From the NCBI RefSeq assembly GCF_009914755.1, contig NC_060940.1: a stretch of DNA of 64,000 bases; one strand, written 5' to 3'. This DNA is from the human T2T-CHM13v2.0 reference genome, Homo sapiens. Shown in pieces: positions 1-12,345 of the stretch; within the stretch, counting starts at the first letter, position 1; every line of letters begins with the position of its first letter. Under the pieces are notes generated by a model. It was not told where the DNA came from, did no database searches, and worked only from the letters and a program-made list of their open reading frames with translations. The translations under genes and the position numbers were made by a program.

Positions 1-141
1 CGAGTCCAATTGATGATTCCATTCAATTCCATTCGATGATGATTCCCTACGATTCCATTCTGTGATGATTCCATGTGATTGCATTCAATGATGATTCCTT
101 TCGATTGCATTCGATTATGATTCATTTCGTGTTCATTCTAT
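1..141 (+). repeat. Partial 6.1 kb unit (3' tail)
   Basis: Matches 6103-6243; precedes the first GGTTCCACAGG marker at 142. The unit phase is arbitrary. Confidence 0.85.
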
Positions 142-3100
142 GGTTCCACAGGTTTCCATTCGTGTCCATTCCATTATTCCATTCTATTCCATTTGATGAT
201 GATTCCATTCGATTCCATTCATTGGTGATTCCACTCAATTCCATTCAATGATTCCATTCCATTTCTTTCAACAATGATTCCATTAGTTTCTAATCGATGA
301 TCCACTTGATTCCATTTGACGACGATTCCATTCTTGTCCATTCGATGATTCCATTTGATTCCATATGATGATGATTCCATTCGATTCCATACCATGATGA
401 TTCCATTCGAGTCCATTCAATGGTGATTCCATTCAATTCCATTCGATGATTCCTTTTGATTCCATTCGATGATGATGGCATTCGATTCCTTTCAATCATT
501 CCCTTTGATTCCATTCAAAGGTGATTTCATTCAAGTCCATTCGATAATTGCATTCGATTCCATTCTATGATGATTCCATTCGAGTCCATTTGATGATTCC
601 ATTCAATTCAAGTCAATGATGATTCCATTCGATTCCATTCGATGATTCCATTGGATTCCATTCGATGATGATTCCATTCAAATCCATTCGATAATTCAAT
701 TCAAGTCCATTCGATGATGATTCCAATCGAATCCATTCAAAGATTCCATTCAGTTCCATTCGATGATTCCCTTAGATTCCATTCGATGATTCCACTTGAT
801 TGCATTTACGATGATTCCATTCGATTCCATGTGATGATGCCATTCAATTCTATTCAATGATGTCTCCATTTGATTCCATTCGACCATGATTGCCTTTGAT
901 TCCATTCAATGATTCCATTCGGTTCCGTTTGATGATGATTCCGTTCGATTCCATTTGATGATTCCATTTGATTCCATTGGATGAGTCCATTCGATTACAT
1001 TCGATGATTATTCCATTCGAGTGCATTAGATGATTCCATTCGAGTCCATTCGATGATTCCATTCGATTCCATTCGATGTTGATTCTGTTCAAATCCATTC
1101 GATGATTCCACTCGATTCCATTCGTTGACTCCATTTGATCCCATTCGATGATTTCCTTTGATTCCCTTTGATGATCATTCCATTTGATTCAATTCGGTGA
1201 TTTCATTTGATTCCATTCAGTGATGTTTCCATTCGACTCCATTCGATGATGATTCCATTCGACTCCATTCGATTATGATTTCATTCAATTCCATTCGATA
1301 ATGATTCCCTTCGAGTCCATTCGATGATTCCATTCGATTCCATTCAACGATGATTTGATTCGTGTCCATTCGATGATTCCATTTGATTCCACTTGATGAT
1401 GATTCCATTCGAGTCCATTTGATGATTCCATTCAATTCCATACTCCGATGATTTCTTTTGAGCCCACTCAATGCTTCCACTCGATTCCATATGATGATGA
1501 CTCCATTCGATGAAATTCGATGATGATTCCATTCGCTTGCTTTCGATGATGATTCCACTTGAGTCCGTTAGAAGATTCTATTCAATTACATTCCATGACG
1601 ATTCCGTTCGAGTCCATTTGATGATTCCATTAGACTCCATTCGACGATGATTCCATTCGATGTTATTCGATGATTCCATTCGATCTCATTCGATGATGAT
1701 TCCATTCAACTCCATTCGATGTTTCCATTCGAGTTCATTCTATTATTCCATTAGATTCCATTCGATGATGATTCCATTCGATTCCATTTGATGATTGCAT
1801 TCTATTTCATTTGATGATGATTCCATTCGAGTCCACTCGATGATTCCATTCGAGTCCATTTAATGAATCCATTGGTTTCAATTCTATGATGATTACATTG
1901 GATTCCATTCGTTGATGATTTCATTCGGTTCCATTCAATGATGATTCCATTCAATTCCTTTCAATGTTTCCATTCAATTCCATACGATGATGATTCCATT
2001 TGATTTGATTCGACAGTGAGCCATTCGATTCAATTCCATGATGATTCTATTTGATTCAATTGGTTGACATTTCCATTCGATTCCATTCGATGATGATTCC
2101 CTTTGATTCCGTTCCAAGATGATTCCATTCTAGCCCATTCAATCATTCCATTCGATTCTATTCAATGATGATTCCATTCATGTCGATTTGGTGATTCCAT
2201 TTGACTTCATTTGATGATGATTCCTTTCAAGTTCATTAGATGATTCCATTCGATTCCATTTGATGATGATCCCATTCGAGTCCATTCAGTGATTCCATTC
2301 GTTTCCATTCCATGATGATTCCATTCCTTTCCATTCAATGATTCCATTCGATTCCGTTTGATGATGATTTCATTCGAGTCCATTTGATGATTCCATTTGA
2401 TTCCATTCGATGATGATTCCATTCGAGTCCATTCGATGATTCTATTCGAATCCATTTGATGATTTCTTTTGATTATATTTGGTGATGATTCCATTGGAGT
2501 CCATTCAATGATTCCATTCTATTCCAATCGATGATGATTTCATTCGAGTCCATTTGATGATTCCATTTGATTCCATTTGATGATGATTACCTTCGAGTCC
2601 ATACGATGATTCCACTCAATTCCATATGATGATGATTCCATTCGATTCCATTCGATGATTCCAGTCTATTCTATTCAATGGTGATTCCATTCGAGTACAT
2701 TAGATGATTCCATTCGATTCCATTCAATGATGATTCTATTTGTGTCCCTTAGATGGTTCCACATGATTCCATTTCATGATGATACTATTTGAGCCCATCC
2801 AATGATTCCCTTCGATTCCATTCGATGAGGATTCCATTCGATTCATTTCATTGGTGATTCTATTCAATTCAATTCTTTGATTCCATTCCATTCCATTCGA
2901 CAATGATTCCATTCGATTTCTTTCGATGATTCCACTCGATTCCACTTGACATTGATTCCATTCGATTCCATTCAATGATTCCGTTTGATTCCAGTGGATG
3001 ATGATTGCCATCGATTCCATTCGATCACTCCATTCTATTCCATTTGATGATGATTACATTCGATTCCATTTGATGATTCCATCTGATTCTATTCGAGGAT

Positions 3101-6100
3101 TCCATTTGATTCCATTCGATGATGATTCCATTCGAGTGCATTCGATGATTTCATTCGAGTACATCCAATGATTCCATTCGAGTCCATTTGATGATTCCAT
3201 TTGATTCCATTTGATTATGATTCTACTAGAGTCCATTCAATGACTCCATTCGAATCCATTCAACAATTCCATTCGAGGCCATTCGATGATTCCATTTCAT
3301 GATTCCATTCGAGTCCATTTAATCATTACAGTCGAGTCCATTTGGTGATTCCACTGGATTTCTTTTGATAATGATACCATTCAATTACATTTGATGATGA
3401 TCCCATTCAATTTCATTTGATGGTGATTCCATTAGAGTCCATTCGATGATTTCATTCGAGTCCCTTCATTGATTCCATCCGATTTCATTGGATGATGACT
3501 CCATTCGAGTCCATTCGACGATTCCACTCGATTCCATTAGATGATTCCATTGGAGTCCATTTGATTGTTCCATTCGATTCTATTCGATTCCTTTCGAAGA
3601 TTATTCCGTTTGAGTCCATTCGATGATGATTCCATTCCATTCCATTCGATGATTCCGTTTGATTCCATTCGATGATTCCCTTCGATTCCTTTCTTTGATG
3701 ATTCCATTCCATTCCATTCAATGATTCCATTCGAATCTATTCCATGATGATTCCTTTCGATTCCATTCGCTGATGTTTCCGTTCAATTCCATTCGATGAT
3801 GATTCCATTCGATTCCATTCATTGAGGATTCCATTTGATTCCATTCAATGATGATTCCATTCTATTCCATTCAATGATTGCATTCAATTCCATTCAATGA
3901 TTATCCCCTTAGAGTAAACTCAACGATTCCATTCAATACCATTCGATGATGATTCCTTTTGAGTCCATTCAATGATTTCATTCAAGTCCATTTGATGATT
4001 CCTTTCAATTCCATTCTATGATGATTCCATTCGAGTCCATTCGATGATTCCATTCGATTGCATTCGATTATTCCATCATATTCCAGTCAACGATGATTCC
4101 ATTCGAGTCCATTCGATGATTCCATTAGAGTACATTTAATGATTGCTTTGTTTTCAATTCGAAGATGATTACATTGGATTCCATTCTATGATACCATTCG
4201 ATTCCATTCAATGATGATTCCACTCAAATCCATTGGATGATTCCATTCGTGTCCATTCGGTGATTTCATTAGATTCCATTCGAGGATGATTCCATTCGAT
4301 TCCATTCGATGATTCCATTCAATTCCATTTGATGATGATTCCATTCCAGTCCATATGATCATTCCATTTGATTTCATTCGATGATGATTCCATTCGATTC
4401 CATTCGATGATTCCATTCTATTCCATTCGATGATGATTCCATTCGAGTCCATTCGATGATTCCATTCGAGTCCATTTAATGATTCCATTGGGTTCAATTC
4501 AATGATGATTACATTGGATTCCGTTCTATGATTCCATTCAATTCCGTTCATTGACAATTTGATTCCATTCGATGATGATTCCATTTGAGTTCATTCGATG
4601 ATTCTATTCGATTCTCTTCGATGGTGATTCAATTCTATTATATTGGATGATTCCATTCGATTCCATTTGATGTTGATTCAATTCGATTCTATTCGATGAT
4701 GATTCCATTGGATTTCACTTGATGATTCTATTCGATTCCATTCAATGATGATTCACTTCTCGTCCATTGGATGATTCCATTTCATTCCATTCGATGATGA
4801 TTCCATTCGATTCCATTCGATGACTCCATTTGATTCCATGCGTCGGTGAGCAATTCGATTCAATTCCATGATGATTCTATTTGATTCAATTAGATGATGT
4901 TTCCATTCGAATCCATTCCATGATTATTCCATTGGAATCCATTCGGCGATGATTCCATATGAGTCAATTCAATGATGATTCCATATGTGTCCGTTCGATG
5001 ATAATTCCATTTGATTTCATTCGGTGCTTCTATTCAATTCCAGTCGATGATGATTCCGTTGGAGTCCATACGATGATTCCATTTGATTTCATTTGATGAT
5101 GATTCCATTCGATGATGATTACATTGGATTCCATTCTATGATTCCATTCAATTCCATTCGTTGATGATTCGATTCCATTCAATGATGATTCCATTTGAGT
5201 TCATTCGATGATTCTATTCGATTCCGTTCGATGGTGATTCAATTCTCTTATATTGGATGAATCCACTCGATTCCATTTGATGATTATTCCATTGGAGTCC
5301 ACTTAGTGAATCCTTCAGATTCTACTCGAAGATGATTCCATTCAAGTCCATTCGATGATACCATTCAATTCCATTCGTTGATGCTTCCATTCAAGTGCAT
5401 TCGATGATATCATTCGATTCCATTTGATGATAATTCCATTTGATTCCATGCGATGATTCTATTCGATTCCATTCAATGATAATTCCATTCAGTTCAGTGA
5501 TTCCTCTGGACTCCATTTGATGATGATTCCATTCAATGATTCCATTCGATTCTATTCGAAAATGATTCCATTTGAATCCATTTGATGATGATTCCATTAG
5601 ATTCCATTTGATGATTCCATTCGATTCCATGCGACGATGATTCCATTCGATTCCATGTGATGATTCCATTCTATTCTATTCGATGATGATTCCATTCGAT
5701 TCCATTCGATGATGATTGGATTCGATTCCATTTGATGTTTTCATTTGATTCCATTCGTTAATGATTTCGATCAATTCCATTCGATGATTCCATTCGATTC
5801 CATTCGATAATGATTACATCCGTGTCCATTCAGTGATTCCATTTGAGCCTGTTCGATAATTCCATTTGAGTCCAACCAATGATTCCATTCATTTCCATTC
5901 AATGATTCCATTCGAGTCCATTTGATCATTCCGGTAGGGTCCATTCGATGTTGATTCCATTGGAGTGCATTCGATGATTCCATTCGAGTCCATTTTAGGA
6001 TTTGATTCGAGTCCTTTCGATGATTCCATTCGATTCCACTCGATGATGATTTCATTCGAGTCCATTCGACACTTCCAATCGATTCCATTTGATGTTTCCA

Positions 6101-6243
6101 TTCGAGTCCAATTGATGATTCCATTCAATTCCATTCGATGATGATTCCGTACGATTCCATTCTGTGATGATTCCATGTGATTGCATTCAATGATGATTCC
6201 TTTAGATTGCATTCGATTGTGATTCATTTCGTCTTCATTCTAT
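142..6243 (+). repeat. HSat2 nested unit 1, 6102 bp (used as reference)
   Basis: Marker at 142 and 6244; ORF-track landmarks recur at +6102 (219/6321, 2207/8309, 4186/10288). Confidence 0.95.
4882..4892 (-). promoter_or_regulatory. Candidate DUX4-type double-homeodomain site TAATTGAATCA (one per unit)
   Basis: + strand TGATTCAATTA fits the published DUX4 consensus TAAYBBAATCA on the - strand. Also at 10984, 17096, 24127, 35408, 39139, 43440, 49552, 55582 and 61612. This is a motif match only; binding is not shown. Confidence 0.35.
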
Positions 6244-9200
6244 GGTTCCACAGGTTTCCATTCGTGTCCATTCCATTATTCCATTCTATTCCGTTTGATG
6301 ATGATTCCATTCGATTCCATTCATTGGTGATTCCACTCAATTCCATTCAATGATTCCATTCCATTTCTTTCAACAATGATTCCATTAGTTTCTAATCGAT
6401 GATCCACTTGATTCCATTTGACGACGATTCCATTCTTGTCCATTCGATGATTCCATTTGATTCCATATGATGATGATTCCATTCGATTCCATACGATGAT
6501 GATTCCATTCGAGTCCATTCAATGGTGATTCCATTCAATTCCATTCGATGATTCCTTTCGATTCCTTTCGATGATGATGGCATTCGATTCCTTTCAATCA
6601 TTCCCTTTGATTCCATTCAAAGGTGATTTCATTCAAGTCCATTCGATAATTGCATTCGATTCCATTCTATGATGATTCCATTCGAGTCCATTTGATGATT
6701 CCATTCAATTCAAGTCAATGATGATTCCATTCGATTCCATTCGATGATTCCATTGGATTCCATTCGATGATGATTCCATTCAAATCCATTCGATAATTCA
6801 ATTCAAGTCCATTCGGTGATGATTAAAATCGAATCCATTCAAAGATTCCATTCAGTTCCATTCGATGATTCCCTTAGATTCCATTCGATGATTCCACTTG
6901 ATTCCATTTACGATGATTCCATTCGATTCCATGTGATGATTCCATTCAATTCTATTCAATGCTGTTTCCATTTGATTCCATTCGACCATGATTGCCTTTG
7001 ATTCCATTCAATGACTCCATTCGGTTCCTTTTGATGATGATTCCGTTCGATTCCATTTCATTATTCCATTTGAGTCCATTGGATGAGTCCATTCGATTAC
7101 ATTCGATGATTATTCCATTCGAGTGCATTAGATGATTCCATTCGAGTCCATTCGATGATTCCATTCGATTCCATTCGATGTTGATTCTGTTCAAATCCAT
7201 TCGATGATTCCACTCGATTCCATTCGATGACTCCAGTTGATCCCATTCGATGATTTCCTTTGATTCCCTTTGATGATCATTCCATTTGATTCAATTCGGT
7301 GATTTCATTTGATTCCATTCAGTGATGTTTCCATTCGACTCCATTCGATGATGATTCCATTCGACTCCATTCGATTATGATTTCATTCAATTCCATTCGA
7401 TAATGATTCCCTTCGAGTCCATTCGATGATTCCATTCGATTCCATTCAACGATGATTTGATTCGTGTCCATTCGATGATTCCATTTGATTCCACTTGATG
7501 ATGATTCCATTCGAGTCCATTTGATGATTCCATTCAATTCCATTCTCCGATGATTTCTTTTGAGCCCATTCAATGCTTCCACTCGATTCCATATGATGAT
7601 GACTCCATTCGATGAAATTCGATGATGATTCCCTTCGCTTGCATTCGATGATGATTCCACTTGAGTCCATTAGAAGATTCTATTCAATTACATTCCATGA
7701 CGATTCCGTTCGAGTCCATTTGATGATTCCATTAGACTCCATTCGACGATGATTCCATTCGATGTTATTCGATGATTCCATTCGATCTCATTCGATGATG
7801 ATTCCATTCAACTCCATTCGATGTTTCCATTCGAGTTCATTCTATTATTCCATTAGATTCCATTCGATGATGATTCCATTCGATTCCATTTGATGATTGC
7901 ATTCTATTTCATTTGATGATGATTCCATTCGAGTCCACTCGATGATTCCATTCGAGTCCATTTCATGAATCCATTGGTTTCAATTCTATGATGATTACAT
8001 TGGATTCCATTCGTTGATGATTTCATTCGGTTCCATTCAATGATGATTCCATTCAATTCCTTTCAATGTTTCCATTCAATTCCATACGATGATGATTCCA
8101 TTTGATTTGATTCGACAGTGAGCCATTCGATTCAATTCCATGATGATTCTATTTGATTCAATTGGTTGACATTTCCATTCGATTCCATTCGATGATGATT
8201 CCCTTTGATTCCGTTCCAAGATGATTCCATTCTAGCCCATTCAATCATTCCATTCGATTCTATTCAATGATGATTCCATTCATGTCGATTTGGTGATTCC
8301 ATTTGACTTCATTTGATGATGATTCCTTTCAAGTTCATTAGATGATTCCATTCGATTCCATTTGATGATGATCCCATTCGAGTCCATTCAGTGATTCCAT
8401 TCGTTTCCATTCCATGATGATTCCATTCCTTTCCATTCAATGATTCCATTCGATTCCGTTTGATGATGATTTCATTCGAGTCCATTTGATGATTCCATTT
8501 GATTCCATTCGATGATGATTCCATTCGAGTCCATTCGATGATTCTATTCGAATCCATTTGATGATTTCTTTTGATTATATTTGGTGATGATTCCATTGGA
8601 GTCCATTCAATGATTCCATTCTATTCCAATCGATGATGATTTCATTCGAGTCCATTTGATGATTCCATTTGATTCCATTTGATGATGATTACCTTCGAGT
8701 CCATACGATGATTCCACTCAATTCCATATGATGATGATTCCATTCGATTCCATTCGATGATTCCAGTCTATTCTATTCAATGGTGATTCCATTCGAGTAC
8801 ATTAGATGATTCCATTCGATTCCATTCAATGATGATTCTATTTGTGTCCCTTAGATGGTTCCACATGATTCCATTTCATGATGATACTATTTGAGCCCAT
8901 CCAATGATTCCCTTCGATTCCATTCGATGAGGATTCCATTCGATTCATTTCATTGGTGATTCTATTCAATTCAATTCTTTGATTCCATTCCATTCCATTC
9001 GACAATGATTCCATTCGATTTCTTTCGATGATTCCACTCGATTCCACTTGACATTGATTCCATTCGATTCCATTCAATGATTCCGTTTGATTCCAGTGGA
9101 TGATGATTGCCATCGATTCCATTCGATCACTCCATTCTATTCCATTTGATGATGATTACATTCGATTCCATTTGATGATTCCATCTGATTCTATTCGAGG

Positions 9201-12200
9201 ATTCCATTTGATTCCATTCGATGATGATTCCATTCGAGTGCATTCGATGATTTCATTCGAGTACATCCAATGATTCCATTCGAGTCCATTTGATGATTCC
9301 ATTTGATTCCATTTGATTATGATTCTACTAGAGTCCATTCAATGACTCCATTCGAATCCATTCAACAATTCCATTCGAGGCCATTCGATGATTCCATTTC
9401 ATGATTCCATTCGAGTCCATTTAATCATTACAGTCGAGTCCATTTGGTGATTCCACTGGATTTCTTTTGATAATGATACCATTCAATTACATTTGATGAT
9501 GATCCCATTCAATTTCATTTGATGGTGATTCCATTAGAGTCCATTCGATGATTTCATTCGAGTCCCTTCATTGATTCCATCCGATTTCATTGGATGATGA
9601 CTCCATTCGAGTCCATTCGACGATTCCACTCGATTCCATTAGATGATTCCATTGGAGTCCATTTGATTGTTCCATTCGATTCTATTCGATTCCTTTCGAA
9701 GATTATTCCGTTTGAGTCCATTCGATGATGATTCCATTCCATTCCATTCGATGATTCCGTTTGATTCCATTCGATGATTCCCTTCGATTCCTTTCTTTGA
9801 TGATTCCATTCCATTCCATTCAATGATTCCATTCGAATCTATTCCATGATGATTCCTTTCGATTCCATTCGCTGATGTTTCCGTTCAATTCCATTCGATG
9901 ATGATTCCATTCGATTCCATTCATTGAGGATTCCATTTGATTCCATTCAATGATGATTCCATTCTATTCCATTCAATGATTGCATTCAATTCCATTCAAT
10001 GATTATCCCCTTAGAGTAAACTCAACGATTCCATTCAATACCATTCGATGATGATTCCTTTTGAGTCCATTCAATGATTTCATTCAAGTCCATTTGATGA
10101 TTCCTTTCAATTCCATTCTATGATGATTCCATTCGAGTCCATTCGATGATTCCATTCGATTGCATTCGATTATTCCATCATATTCCAGTCAACGATGATT
10201 CCATTCGAGTCCATTCGATGATTCCATTAGAGTACATTTAATGATTGCTTTGTTTTAAATTCGAAGATGATTACATTGGATTCCATTCTATGATACCATT
10301 CGATTCCATTCAATGATGATTCCACTCAAATCCATTGGATGATTCCATTCGTGTCCATTCGGTGATTTCATTAGATTCCATTCGAGGATGATTCCATTCG
10401 ATTCCATTCGATGATTCCATTCAATTCCATTTGATGATGATTCCATTCCAGTCCATATGATCATTCCATTTGATTTCATTCGATGATGATTCCATTCGAT
10501 TCCATTCGATGATTCCATTCTATTCCATTCGATGATGATTCCATTCGAGTCCATTCGATGATTCCATTCGAGTCCATTTAATGATTCCATTGGGTTCAAT
10601 TCAATGATGATTACATTGGATTCCGTTCTATGATTCCATTCAATTCCGTTCATTGACAATTTGATTCCATTCGATGATGATTCCATTTGAGTTCATTCGA
10701 TGATTCTATTCGATTCTCTTCGATGGTGATTCAATTCTATTATATTGGATGATTCCATTCGATTCCATTTGATGTTGATTCAATTCGATTCTATTCGATG
10801 ATGATTCCATTGGATTTCACTTGATGATTCTATTCGATTCCATTCAATGATGATTCACTTCTCGTCCATTGGATGATTCCATTTCATTCCATTCGATGAT
10901 GATTCCATTCGATTCCATTCGATGACTCCATTTGATTCCATGCGTCGGTGAGCAATTCGATTCAATTCCATGATGATTCTATTTGATTCAATTAGATGAT
11001 GTTTCCATTCGAATCCATTCCATGATTATTCCATTGGAATCCATTCGGCGATGATTCCATATGAGTCAATTCAATGATGATTCCATATGTGTCCGTTCGA
11101 TGATAATTCCATTTGATTTCATTCGGTGCTTCTATTCAATTCCAGTCGATGATGATTCCGTTGGAGTCCATACGATGATTCCATTTGATTTCATTTGATG
11201 ATGATTCCATTCGATGATGATTACATTGGATTCCATTCTATGATTCCATTCAATTCCATTCGTTGATGATTCGATTCCATTCAATGATGATTCCATTTGA
11301 GTTCATTCGATGATTCTATTCGATTCCGTTCGATGGTGATTCAATTCTCTTATATTGGATGAATCCACTCGATTCCATTTGATGATTATTCCATTGGAGT
11401 CCACTTAGTGAATCCTTCAGATTCTACTCGAAGATGATTCCATTCAAGTCCATTCGATGATACCATTCAATTCCATTCGTTGATGCTTCCATTCAAGTGC
11501 ATTCGATGATATCATTCGATTCCATTTGATGATAATTCCATTTGATTCCATGCGATGATTCTATTCGATTCCATTCAATGATAATTCCATTCAGTTCAGT
11601 GATTCCTCTGGACTCCATTTGATGATGATTCCATTCAATGATTCCATTCGATTCTATTCGAAAATGATTCCATTTGAATCCATTTGATGATGATTCCATT
11701 AGATTCCATTTGATGATTCCATTCGATTCCATGCGACGATGATTCCATTCGATTCCATGTGATGATTCCATTCTATTCTATTCGATGATGATTCCATTCG
11801 ATTCCATTCGATGATGATTGGATTCGATTCCATTTGATGTTTTCATTTGATTCCATTCGTTAATGATTTCGATCAATTCCATTCGATGATTCCATTCGAT
11901 TCCATTCGATAATGATTACATCCGTGTCCATTCAGTGATTCCATTTGAGCCTGTTCGATAATTCCATTTGAGTCCAACCAATGATTCCATTCATTTCCAT
12001 TCAATGATTCCATTCGAGTCCATTTGATCATTCCGGTAGGGTCCATTCGATGTTGATTCCATTGGAGTGCATTCGATGATTCCATTCGAGTCCATTTTAG
12101 GATTTGATTCGAGTCCTTTCGATGATTCCATTCGATTCCACTCGATGATGATTTCATTCGAGTCCATTCGACACTTCCAATCGATTCCATTTGATGTTTC

Positions 12201-12345
12201 CATTCGAGTCCAATTGATGATTCCATTCAATTCCATTCGATGATGATTCCGTACGATTCCATTCTGTGATGATTCCATGTGATTGCATTCAATGATGATT
12301 CCTTTAGATTGCATTCGATTGTGATTCATTTCGTCTTCATTCTAT
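6244..12345 (+). repeat. HSat2 nested unit 2, 6102 bp
   Basis: Marker at 6244 and 12346; near-identical to unit 1 from unit position ~2100 onward. Confidence 0.95.

Noticed and set aside
6816-7001. Plus-strand ORFs (6816, 12918, 37293, 62665)
   Set aside because: Chance stop-free satellite stretches opened by point variants; low-complexity FHSMIPFDS peptides.
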